A DNA stretch of 64,000 nucleotides from Octopus vulgaris (Eukaryota), in assembly GCA_951406725.2 (NCBI GenBank), contig OX597814.1, positions 185,938,001 through 186,002,000 of the forward strand. Direction: 5' to 3'. Numbering within the stretch: position 1 is the stretch's first letter; each line of letters begins with the position of its first letter. Positions 14,256 through 26,007 of this stretch are shown in pieces. The position numbers were made by a program, and so were the translations under genes. The notes beneath the pieces were generated by a model. That model ran no database searches and was not told where the DNA came from. It saw only the letters and a list, made by a program, of their open reading frames with translations.

Positions 14256-14766
14256 CAAACAGACGCTGTCTGACCAGCAGGCACGGACACATCTATTCAC
14301 ACCCGCATACTAACCTCCTGATAACCCCAAAATCATTCATGCATAAAGGGGAAGTATACACCACATTGGCTACTTCTTCTGTTCTCTCAGTTCAGCCTTT
14401 CTGCTAATACTGACAGGTCAGTAAAAACATACTTAAAATATTCTGAGATGTACAAAAAAGCCATTTTAATTTTTGCTGTCAAAACGCTGTATATATATAC
14501 CAAAGATTGTATATATATACATGTAATGTGACAATTTGCGACAACCAATAATTAACGCAACCAATTCCCAATAATATATTTGTTTTATCCTTTTCTGCCA
14601 AATTTTCCCAAATAATGTGACAATTATGTATAAAAAAACATTTTTGAATTCATAATATCCAATGTGACAATTATGTAAAAAACTTTTTTGAATGCATAAT
14701 ATTCAATGTGACAATTATGTAAAAAACTTTTTTGAACCCATATTATTCAATGTTTCCTTAAATGTA

Positions 14767-14807
14767 ACTTTTGACAATCTTTTACCAAAGAGTGAAACCG
14801 GTTAAGT
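14767..14807 (+). ncRNA. Variant or decayed minimal HHR in the pLTR (mirror copy 12133-12173, - strand)
   Basis: ACTT-TTGACAA-TCTTT-TACC-AAAGA-GT-GAAACCGGTT-AAGT. Core differs from CTGACGA at two positions. Confidence 0.5.
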
Positions 14808-14885
14808 AAATAAACATCGTTTAAATTGCATTTTCAAACCTTTTTTCTTATATAATCCCACTGTGCGATACCCCACAACTCAACT

Positions 14886-14933
<48 letters not shown>

Positions 14934-15409
14934 TGAAGCTGAGATAAACACTGAAGGTGAGGAGGGCTGCAACATAATATCCATGGATTATCTATGGACT
15001 ATCTAAATCCTTTCAAACAGCCACAAGAAGAAGAAGAAAACAGCATCCTCATACCATAAATAACAGCCTAAAACTCTTTCGAAAAGCACAAAGTTCCATC
15101 TTTTGAAGCAAAAAAAAAAAAGATGGATGAACACACTGAATAATAAATAAACTCTGCGAGTCAGAAAAAGGACAGGATGGATGGTGTTGGCTTGAATGTC
15201 TTTGATCCCAGATCTCCTCAATCAAGACTGACCAGCAACCAAATAACAATAACGATAAGGAAACTCAAAGTTTATGCTGGCACCTCCATATTCATTCTAC
15301 CTCAGGTTTCTTTCTACCATTGATCTCTCTTCTTCACCTTAAACTACTCTTCCTTCTTCATCTTTTTGTATCTGTCTTTCTCTCTCTTTCACTCGTACAC
15401 TCAGTCTCT

Positions 15410-15607
15410 CTTTCATCTATCTATCTATCTATCTGTCTATCTATCTATCTATCTATCTATCTAACTATCTATCTATCTATCTATCTTTATATCTCTCTAT
15501 CTATCTATTTATCTATCTATCTATTTATCTATCTCTCACTTTCTATTTATCTATCTATCTCTCTCTACCTATCCATTTATCTATTTATTTATCTCTCTCT
15601 CTCTAAC

Positions 15608-15678
<71 letters not shown>

Positions 15679-15680
15679 TC
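15410..15680. repeat. (ATCT)n microsatellite
   Basis: Direct reading. Confidence 0.9.
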
Positions 15681-15731
15681 TTTCCCCAACCATTCTTCAC
15701 ACTTCTTCCTCTAACACAGTAATTAATCTCT

Positions 15732-15790
<59 letters not shown>

Positions 15791-16492
15791 ACCCATCACT
15801 ACACTCAAACAAACAAACAAACACATATTAATGCATGCTTGTGCACACAGACACACTAATACACACATCCTTATACTTTCTCTTTACTAGCCCTACTCTT
15901 ACACATATCTCCCTTTATCTGCTTGCTCTTTCTCTCCCTCACTCTCTCTCTCCTTCTCTCTCTCCTTCTCTCTCTCTCCTTCTCTCTCTCTCCTTCTCTC
16001 TCTCCCTCTCTCTCTCCCCTCCCCTCTCTCTCTCTCTCTCTCTCAGACACACACACTCACAGTGTCAACTAGTTTAAAAATAAGTCCTCACAACAAACCA
16101 AACTCACAGATACCCCTCCTCCTTACTAACTTCTAGATCATACATCACTTCTTTTGTGCATCCACTCCATCACACTTGCTCCCATGCACACACACACACT
16201 CACACACACACACAGACACACACACACACATGCATGTGCACACTTGCAAACATACACACAAACACAAGACACACATATGCCTGTGTGTTTCTTTACATCT
16301 GTGCATGTCCAAAAAAGCATGAGCTATAAAGCTGTGACACTATTGCCATTTTGCCAGCCAGCAAATCATTCACAGGTTATGGCACCTTCTAACATGAGTG
16401 AAATAAAAGATCCATTTCTTGAAAACCAAGAGAAAGTTAGTGGCAGGAAGGGCATTGGGCGATAAAAACAATGGCTTACTAATCATCTAACC

Positions 16493-16868
16493 TAGGCCTG
16501 GCCAACTTGAATTACATCGCGGGCCACATTAATTGCAGAAAGTTTTTTGAGGGCCACTTGTATACTTTATTCACTAAGAGTAAAATAATCAAATTACAGA
16601 ATCAAGAATTTTTCATACTTTTTGTTTTACTCTTTTACTCTTACTTCTTTCAGTCAGTTGACTGTGGCCATGCTGGAGCACCACCTCTAGTCAAGCAAAT
16701 TGACCCCAGTACTTATTCTGTGTAAGCCTAATAAATTCTTTGTGAGCCTAAGAAGTACTTATTCTATCAGTCTCTTTTGCTGAACTGCTAAATTACGGGG
16801 ATGTAAACACACCAGCATCAGTTGTCAAGCGATGTTGGGGGGACAAACACAGACACACAAACATATAT

Positions 16869-16925
<57 letters not shown>

Positions 16926-17264
16926 TACGACGGGCTTCTTTCAGTTTCCATCTACCAAATCCACTCACAAGGCTTTGGTCATCCCGAGGCTATAATAGAA
17001 GACACTTGCCCAAGGTGCCATGCAGTGGGACTGAACCCGAAACCATGTGGTTTGTAAGCAAGCTACTCACCACACAGCCACTCCTATGCCTTATTTAAAA
17101 TTATTAAATTGTAGGCTGTTGCTTTATTACCACTTATGAATTTTTAATTTATTTTGAAACAAATGTTTTATACAAGCAATTTTATTTTGAAATTAAACAC
17201 AATACTTCAAGAAAGTATGAAGCAGGCTGCATGCGGCCGGTGGGCCTCAGGTTGGCCAACCCTG
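16493..17264. mobile_element. hAT (Charlie-like) MITE with a nested SINE
   Basis: TIRs TAGGCCTGGCCAAC / GTTGGCCAACCCTG. Perfect 8-bp TSD ATCTAACC at 16485-16492 and 17265-17272. Confidence 0.85.
16626..17090 (-). mobile_element. tRNA-derived SINE (family A) with internal (TA)/(CA) tract
   Basis: Reverse complement of GGAGTGGCTGTGTGGTAAG...GGTTCAGTCCC head and GTGCTCCAGCATGGCC.CAGTC...AAAAGAG tail. Confidence 0.88.
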
Positions 17265-18237
17265 ATCTAACCCATGTAAACATGGGAAAATGGGCATGAA
17301 ACAAATGAATAAATGAATACATACATCACTATTCTCATGTGGATCACATATATATACATACACACACATTCAAAATAATCCTTTCTATTATGAACACTTT
17401 CAAAATAATGAAACCGGTTGAGAACTGACATGGAAAACTGCAGCGTGATTGCATAATTTGAAACAAATAGCAGCCAAATCTTCCTCATATTCCACATACG
17501 GCTTTTAAAGAAAGAAATACACATGTGACTATGTGGTTCAGAAGCTTGCTTCCAAACCATATGGTCTTGGGTTTAGTCCCACTGTGTGATACCCTGAGTT
17601 TCTGCTATAGCTCAGGTTGACCAATGAATTGTGAGTGAATTTAGTCGACAGAAACTGTGTGAAAACCCATTGTGTGTGTGTGTGTGTGTGTTTGAATCAG
17701 TGGTGTCTTCCATCACTACTTGATAACTGGTATTGGTTTGTTTACATATCCATAATCTAGTAGTTCAGCAAAAGAGACTGATAGAATAAGTACCAGGCTT
17801 TATAAAAATATAGGTAGGGAGGATTGATTTGTTTGACTAAACCTTTCAAGGTGGTGCTCCAGCATGGCTGCTGTCCAATGACTGAAATAAGCAAAAGATG
17901 GAAAATAAAAGCAATGATAAAAAGAAACGATACCATGTCCCAAAACAAATCTGGATAGCCACAGCTGGAACGTCTTTGATCAAAAGTTCACTAGAATGGG
18001 GTTGATCAATACAGTGCGGTTAGACAATAAAACCAGTGGTCATTCAGATTTTTTGCGCTATCAAATAATCAAATCATCATCATCATCATCATCATCATCG
18101 TCGTCGTGGTCGTCGTCATCATCATCATCATCATCATCGTCATTGTCACCATCATCATCATCATAATCATTGTCGTCATCTTCGTCGTCGTCGTCATCGC
18201 TGTCATCATTGTCATCATCGTCATCATCATCATTTAA

Positions 18238-18457
18238 CCCTTCAGTAGTTAGATTATTCTGTCAAACGTGGTGCTTGTTTATTTACACCATTTTCAATTA
18301 ATAATGCACTATCTCGTAACTCTGATATTTTAATGATGTGATTGTTTATTTTCAGAACAATATTCTAGGATAGGTGTGAGAGGCTGGATTTGGCTGGTTT
18401 GAACATAAAACAGATAAAATACCTGGGCCAGATATGGCCAGTTTAAATGCTAAAAGG
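18238..18457. mobile_element. piggyBac-like MITE (TTAA TSD); related copy about 59460-59677
   Basis: TTAA|CCCTTCAG...CTAAAAGG|TTAA, inserted in the TTAA of a family C tail. Confidence 0.75.
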
Positions 18458-19201
18458 TTAACATCCATTGTCCATGCTGGCATGGGTTGAATGGTTTGAC
18501 CAGGGCTGGTAAGCTGAGGGGCTGCACATGACTACAATCTGATTGGGTATGGTTTCTACAGCTGGATGCCCTTCATAACATCATCATCATCATCATCGTT
18601 TAATGTCTGCTTTCCATGCTAGCATGGGTTGGACGATTTGACTGAGGTCTGGCGAACCAGATGGCTGCACTAGACTCTAATCTGATCTAGCAGAGTTTCT
18701 ACAACTGGATGCCCTACCTAACACCAACCACTCCGAGAGTGTAATGGGTGCTTTTATGTACCATTAGCATGGGTGTCACATGTGTGACCCTAGTATCTGC
18801 TATGATTATGATTTCACTTGGATCAGTGGGTCTTCTTCTCAAGCACAGTATGTTGCCGAAGGTCTCGGTTATTTGTCATTACCTCTGTGAGGCCTAACAC
18901 TTGAAAGGTGAATTCTTTTTACATGCCACTGGTACAGGTATTATAGTTACATGACATGCAGCATCAGCCACATTGCCTCCATAAGGCCCAAAACTCAAAT
19001 GGGGCACTTTATGTGCCAGCGGCTCAGGTGCCACTTATGTGAAACTAGCATCGGGCTACAACTACAATGGAAAAAAACATAAATAAATGGTGTAGGTGGT
19101 AGAGATAGCCTTGGATGATGTAAAAGGAACAGGAAATGGAGAGAGAAAGAGAAAGAGAGAGACAGAGAGAAAAAGAGAGAGAGAGAGACAGAGAGAAATA
19201 T

Positions 19202-19249
<48 letters not shown>

Positions 19250-20139
19250 CAGGACTAATAATTTACTCCACCTTTGCCTGTACTTCTACTTCATTTCCAC
19301 TTCGCTCTTGTAACACCACCACCACCACCACCACCACCGCCACCGCCACCCATCTACTTTTCCAGCCTCCCTCACCCCACCAGTTACACCTACCACCACT
19401 ACCACTACCACCACCACCACCACCATCATCACCACTACCACCACCACTACCACCACCACTACCACCACCACTACCACCACCACCACCACCACCACCACCA
19501 CCACCAGTGTCACCACTTATACCCAGATCGCCAAGTCATGCTTCTGCTCCTCCTTAAATATTACTTCATGACATCCGCCTCAAACCACAAACCCTTTTGC
19601 CATCTATGCTGACTTAACACCTATGTCTTTAAAACTACATTACCTCACACCTCAAACACCACCGCCACCACTACCAAAACCCACCACAACCACCAACACC
19701 AACACCACCGCCACCACCAACGCCAACACTATTGCAATCATTAAAAATTCCTCCACAGTTGCTCTATTCTTCTTCTTCTTCTTCTGCCTCCCACCTTATC
19801 CAGAATGTTACCTCCTACCCAACTCATCCCCGCACCCTCCCCCCCGTTTCCACCATCTCCTCCCCCTCATTTACCTTAGCCCCTTCTCCTAGCATCTATT
19901 CTCTCTCTCTCTCTCTCTTTCTGGGCATAAGGAACCTACACCACCTCAAACATCAATCATCTGAATCTCACATACACACACATGCACGTACACACACATA
20001 CACACACACACACACACACATTTGTACATACAGACCCTATCATTTCCGTAATGTTGGCTTCATCATCACCCTTTCGCCATTGTCTGCTGACATCAGTAAT
20101 CACCTCCTCCCTCCACCAAATCGCTACCCCCTTATTTAA

Positions 20140-20201
20140 TGCATTTATATATACATACACATACACACATTTTAAAGATATATATACATACATATATATA
20201 C

Positions 20202-20264
<63 letters not shown>

Positions 20265-20323
20265 TATATACATATATATATACATATATATATATATACA
20301 TATATACATATATATATACATAT

Positions 20324-20373
<50 letters not shown>

Positions 20374-20495
20374 TTACATACACATGTATATATATACATG
20401 CACGCATACATATACACACATACACACATATACATACATAAATGAATACATAGATATACACACTTACATATATATGTATATATTATATATATATA
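20140..20495. repeat. (TA)/(TACA) microsatellite
   Basis: Direct reading. Confidence 0.9.
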
Positions 20496-20923
20496 ATACT
20501 TCGTTTCTCTTGTGTTTCCTCTATTTTTCCTTCACTCAGCTCCCGATAATGGTATAATAGCAACTGGAAAATCTTTCACATCTTTCACTTCTCTTGTCTT
20601 TTTTCCTTTATCACATCTGTGCCCAGATAATTGGCTGAAATGTGTTGGAATATGTCTTTTTAGCTCAATCCTAATTACCATCTGTCAGCAGACTTCCTGG
20701 AATGTCTCAAAATGAAAACAACAACAACAACAACAACACAAAACAAAACAAAAAAAAAACACCTCAGAAAACTTAAACAAAAAAAAAGTAGAAGAAAACG
20801 AGAAAAGAAAAGAAAAAGGAAATACAAGCAAAAGGAAACACATTGTGCTACAAGTTGAACGTCCTCTGCAAGCCTGCCCTTTTAGTATCTCAAGGGACCC
20901 AGAGTGTCAACTAGTATTATTTA

Positions 20924-20954
<31 letters not shown>

Positions 20955-21013
20955 CAACAGCACAAAAAACTAATTTACAACACTCATACATATGCACAAA
21001 TTCACACTTGCCT

Positions 21014-21065
<52 letters not shown>

Positions 21066-21272
21066 TAATCCAAACAAGAAAGCACAAAAAAACACAACAA
21101 CGCAAGGATGGACGTGGAACAAATGTAGTATTATTGGATGCTCAGGAAAGAAGGAAAGAAGGAGGGTTTAACATTTTGAGCGGAGCTCTTCGTCGGAAAC
21201 ATAGGAGAAGGAAAGATCCAGAGAAGGGAAGACAGAGGAAAAAAAAATCGACAACGGTACGCATGAGGTCAC

Positions 21273-21308
<36 letters not shown>

Positions 21309-21319
21309 GTATGTATATA

Positions 21320-21605
21320 TGGCCACTGGTGGTGGTGTTACACACCATACTAATCATATCTGTTGGGCATGTGGAAAAGAGTGTAATTCGGCAGGAGGAC
21401 TTAAACGACATGCAAAGGTACATGAAGCCCAGTTACAACTACAGCCGGCTATTACCGGTAAAGGTATTAGTTGCCAATTCTGTACAAGACGTCGTAGATT
21501 TTTAGCTGGGCTAAAAAGTCACATTCGATCACAGCACCAGTAACAGTTAAGCTTCGTGCAATGGCCATACTCAATAACGAGGGGGCAGCCATAATAATAA
21601 TAATA
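21320..21605 (+). mobile_element. RTE-like LINE 3' end encoding two C2H2-like zinc fingers
   Basis: HICWACGKECNSAGGLKRHAKVH and CQFCTRRRRFLAGLKSHIRSQH, then a stop, the tail GGCCATACTCAATAACGAGGGGGCAGCC and (ATA)n. The same tail occurs at about 57990-58032. Confidence 0.7.
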
Positions 21606-22680
21606 TATGGTTTGACAGGAGTTGGCCCGGCAGGTGCTTGCATCAGAGTTTTGTGTCTGTTTTCGCAGGGTTTTTATGGCTGGATGCCCTTCCTCACACC
21701 AAACACTCAGCAGAGTGGACTGGGTGCTTTGCTTTTTGCGTGGTACATGCACAGGTGAGGTCAGTTTTGCCATGTTTTTATACAGCGGAATGCCCTTCCA
21801 GGTGCCAACAACTTTATAGTATGGACAGTTATCGCTTGACAACTGATGCTGGAGTGTTTACATCCCTGTAACTTAACGGTTCGGTAAATGAGACCGATAG
21901 AATAAGTACTAGGCTTACAAAGAATAAGTCCTGGGGGTCGATTTGCTCGACTAAAGGCAGTGCTCCAGCATGGCCACAGTCAAATGACTGAAACAAGTAA
22001 AAGAATAAAAGAAAAAAAAAGGATACACATGCACACAATTTTCTCTCTTTCGTTTTGATCAATACCTTAATATCATTGATTGGACTCTGTTTTCATAGTT
22101 TCTGTTTAGAATTCATCCCCCTACATTCTCACACACACACATACACACAACCTCAAACCCACCCAGTTCTTCCCACCCCCATTCTTAACATACACACCAC
22201 TCCTCCCTGCACACACACACACACACACATCTCACATATACGCACATCTATGACAACACTTCATTCTATGCCAGTCATAGAATCATAGAAAACCTATTAA
22301 ATCTATTGTCTAGCATTGAACATCTATCTAATCATTCTACTGTTTTGTCTATGTTTTTTTTTGTTTATTTTGTTTTTACTTTTAGTGATAAAATTGCAGC
22401 CGTGGAGAATAATAAATTTTGAATATGATATTTCACAATTTCACACAAATTCATATCTCACATTGATGAATATAAAAAGATGTCTGTTGTTGCTGTTGCT
22501 GTTGTTCTTGTTGTTGTTATTGTGTATCACCAGATCAGCCCTAATTAAACAGACCTATGACATGTTGTCAGAAAGCCAATCAACTTAGGTATAATTCTAT
22601 TGTTCCTGATATATCATGCTTCCACTTTGAATTCTGACATGCAATGTGGAATTCTGGACAGGTTACTTTCCATGCCTATT

Positions 22681-23095
22681 TCTTTACTGTCCACAAGGGG
22701 CTAAACACAAAGAGGACAAACAAGGACAGACAAATGGATTAAGTCAATCATATCGACCCCAGTGCGTAACTGGTACTTATTTAATTGACCCCGAAAGGAT
22801 GAAAGGCAAAAGTCGACCTCGACGGAATTTGAACTCAGAACGTAGTGGCAGACAAAATACCCACTTCTTTACTATCCACAAGGGGCTAAACACAAAGAGG
22901 ACAAACAAGGACAGACAAACGGATTAAGTCAATTATAGAGACCCCAGTGCGTAACTGGTACTTATTTAATCGACCCCGAAAGGATGAAAGGCAAAAGTCG
23001 ACATCGGCGGAATTTGAACTCAGAACATAGCTGCAGACGAAATACCACTAAGCATTTCACCCAGCGCGCTTAAGGTTTCTGCCAGCTCGCCGCCT
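22681..23095 (-). mobile_element. Family B SINE (Nin/Deu-domain-like) with a tandem ~186-bp duplication
   Basis: Unit TCTTTACT.TCCACAAGGGGCTAAAC...GAACTCAGAA repeated at 22681 and 22867. Contains the reverse complement of GCCTTTCATCCTTTCGGGGTCGAT..ATAAGTACCAG. Confidence 0.85.
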
Positions 23096-24170
23096 TTACT
23101 TTCTAAACCGTTGTCCAGTCTGTTCTGTATGCTTCTTGTTGTTCAGCTTTGGGTCAACCCTAATTGAACAAACCTTCGGTCAAAGTCATTAAGCTACTAT
23201 TATTTTCACTGGCACTCCAGTTGATCCGATCAATGGAACAGCTTGCTTGTGAAAATAATGTGCAAGTGGTTGAGCACTCCACAGACACATGTACCCTTAA
23301 TGTAGTTCTCAGGGAGATTCAGCATGACACAGAATGTGATTAGGCTGGCCCTTTGAAATACAGGTACTACTAATTTTTGCCAGCTGAGATGACTGGAGCA
23401 ATGGGAAATAAAGTGCCTTGCTCAAAGACACAAGATATCGCCCGGAATTGAACTCACAACCTTACGATTGTGAGTCGAATACTCTAACCACATGTCTTCA
23501 AAACTGTTATTTTAAAGAAATGGACGATTACATGATTACATTGTCTGATATGTCCTTCTCTTACTCTCACAGCATCAAATCAAAACTTTGCCCAGCAGTC
23601 ATCATCATCATCATCGTCATTATCAACGTTTAACGTCTGCCTTCCATGCTAGCATGGGTTGGACGATTTTGACTGAGGGCTGGCGAACCAGACGGCTGCA
23701 CCAGGCTCCAATCTTGATTAGGCAGAGTTTCTACAGCTGGATGCCCTTCCTAACGCCAATCACTCTAAGAGTGTAGTGGGTGCGTTTTACATGCCACTCT
23801 GTCTGGCAAATGGATTGATAGAATCTTCCAAGTGTCAGACAACATGTCTTATGTAATATTTGGTTCCATTCCTTCACGTTCTGAGTTTAAGCCCTGCTGG
23901 AGTCAACTTTACTTTTCACCCTTCCAGAGGAATTGATAAAATAGAGTATCAGTTAAGTAATGCAGGTGGGTACTTCCTAAATGTGAATGGAATTATGAGA
24001 GAGACAGACAGACAGACAGAGAACAGAAACATCTTTTGAAAATATTTTCTGCCACAATTAATATCTATTATATTTTTTCCTCATCTAACATTATATCATT
24101 TAGTTGATTGCATATGTTCTATATCAACAGACTGATATTCTGTATTGTTGCTTTCATTAATATTAGATAT

Positions 24171-24328
24171 AGGCATAGGAGTGGCTGTGTGGTAAGTAGC
24201 TTGCTTATCAACCACATGGTTCCAAGTTCAGTTCCACTGTGCGGCACGTTGGCAAATGTCTTATACTTTAGCCTCGGGCCGGCCAAAGCCTTGTGAGTGG
24301 ATTTGGTAGACGGAAACTGAAAGAAGCC

Positions 24329-24376
<48 letters not shown>

Positions 24377-24600
24377 ATATGTTTGTGTGTCTGTGCTTGT
24401 CCCCCCCCCCAACATCGCTTGACAACCGATGCTGGTGTGTTTAAGTCCCCGTAACTTAGCGGTTTGGCAAAAGAGACCAATAGAATAAGTACTAGGCTTA
24501 CAAAGAATAAGTCCTGGGGTCAATTTGCTCGACTAAAGGTGGTGCTCCTGCATGGCCACAATCAAATGACTGAAACGAGTAAAAGAGAGAGTAAAAGAGT
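24171..24600 (+). mobile_element. Family A SINE, full length
   Basis: Head, internal (TA)n and tail as at 16626-17090. Confidence 0.9.
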
Positions 24601-24938
24601 AAGCTGATGAAACCTAATATGGTTGAAATCCAACCAGTATGAAATCTGTCTGGGTATTTCAATTAGGTAATCACTTATTCATATCTGTTATTTCTACTGC
24701 ACCCAATCTTAATTTTTTTTTAAAAAGTCCTTTTTCATCCAATCCTAGATTAAGTCATCAAACAATTTTATGTATTTATGACAATGTACTTTGATTGTCA
24801 AATTCAGATGACTTCACAAAGTTTTAAGTCTAAAATTATTTTACAGCAATAGTGAATATTTATTACATTGTAATTTTTTACATTTCTTTTGAAGTCTAAT
24901 CTAGGCTGAAATAAACAATGCATATTTGTATATTGATA

Positions 24939-24991
<53 letters not shown>

Positions 24992-25174
24992 AAATATTAG
25001 GGAATAAATCCAAATTTACAAGGAAAAATCAGATTTAAGATTGAATCCAATTTTATAGTAAAATATTATATTATATCAAATTAGAGACAAAACCACTATT
25101 ATGCAAATCAAACAAAGAAAGACTTAAGCCAATACATAAAATAATTTATATAAATTAAAATTTAACATATGAAT

Positions 25175-25226
25175 AACCACTACGATCGTTTCGTGTCAGC
25201 ACATCTTAGACATTCTTCAGGTGGTT
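25175..25226 (-). ncRNA. Type I minimal hammerhead ribozyme
   Basis: Minus strand AACCAC-CTGAAGA-ATGTC...GACAC-GAAAC-GATC-GTA-GTGGTT: 6-bp stem I, intact core, palindromic loop III, GUA cleavage triplet. Confidence 0.82.
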
Positions 25227-25289
25227 TCAAAACCTTCTTAGCGAGTTTTAAATTAGTTCATAATTTAAAACTCGCTAAGAAGGTTTTGA

Positions 25290-25341
25290 AACCACCTGAA
25301 GAATGTCTAAGATGTGCTGACACGAAACAATCGTAGTGGTT
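25290..25341 (+). ncRNA. Type I minimal hammerhead ribozyme (mirror copy; loop III GATC>AATC)
   Basis: AACCAC-CTGAAGA-ATGTC...GACAC-GAAAC-AATC-GTA-GTGGTT. Confidence 0.78.
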
Positions 25342-25565
25342 ATTCATATGTTAAATTTTAATTTATATAAATTATTTTATGTATTGGCTTAAGTCTTTCT
25401 TTGTTTTATTTACATAATAGTGGTTTTGTCTCTAATTTGATATAATATATATATATATATATATATAAATTTATATATGAGGATAATATCGATATTTAAG
25501 TGTCGAAATTATCAAGTGGCCAGCATGAAAGAAATACCTTACAAAGGTTAAAAAAAAATTTTAAC

Positions 25566-25753
25566 AATTAAAAATGAGGGTGTCTAAAAGACACCAACAT
25601 GTCGAAATAGCAGTCAAAACACTGACTATAGTACCACGTTAAATGTTCATATCGCACCATGGTGCGATATGAACATTTAACGTGGTACTATAGTCAGTGT
25701 TTCGACTGCTATTTCAGCATGTTGGTGTCTTTTAGACACCCTCATTTTTAATT
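25566..25753. repeat. 188-bp loopless palindrome
   Basis: 94-bp arms centred on CACCA|TGGTG (25659/25660), about 3 mismatches, (TA)n on the right. Confidence 0.92.
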
Positions 25754-25756
25754 ATA

Positions 25757-25794
<38 letters not shown>

Positions 25795-26007
25795 CATATA
25801 CAAAAATTCTATAATCATAAGCATAATTATGGTTCATCAAAATTTGCTTCACCACATACTTAAATTTAGAGTATTGCAGTCTGGGAGATATCTTATGGTA
25901 GTAGAATAGTATTTTAACTGCTATTTCTAAATTTTGGTATGTGGTGGAGCAAATTTTGCTGAACTCTAATTATAATTATACTCATAATTATAGAATTTTT
26001 GTATATG
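25795..26007. repeat. Imperfect inverted repeat (older fold-back) in (TA)n
   Basis: CATATACAAAAATTCTATAAT... / ...ATTATAGAATTTTTGTATATG, about 85-bp arms. Confidence 0.8.

Larger units (their letters stand above)
12089..14890 (+). mobile_element. 5'-truncated Penelope-like element with inverted pseudo-LTR, inserted in (TA)n
   Basis: Inverted arms 12089-12492 and 14535-14851 bracket a GIY-YIG fragment. (TA)n on both flanks. Confidence 0.88.
24975..25449. mobile_element. ORF-less fold-back PLE-pLTR-like element in (TA)n; palindrome 25067-25449
   Basis: 189-bp arms (25067-25255 / 25261-25449), 5-nt loop, about 3 mismatches. Tail 24975-25066 recurs inverted at about 52625-52720, also in (TA)n. 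Confidence 0.85.

Noticed and set aside
17383-17424. GAAACCGGTT-GAGAA as another hammerhead
   Set aside because: Core and stem II are too degenerate to support a call.
24171-24250. SINE heads as tRNA genes
   Set aside because: A and B boxes are present but there is no complete cloverleaf, and the heads continue into SINE bodies.
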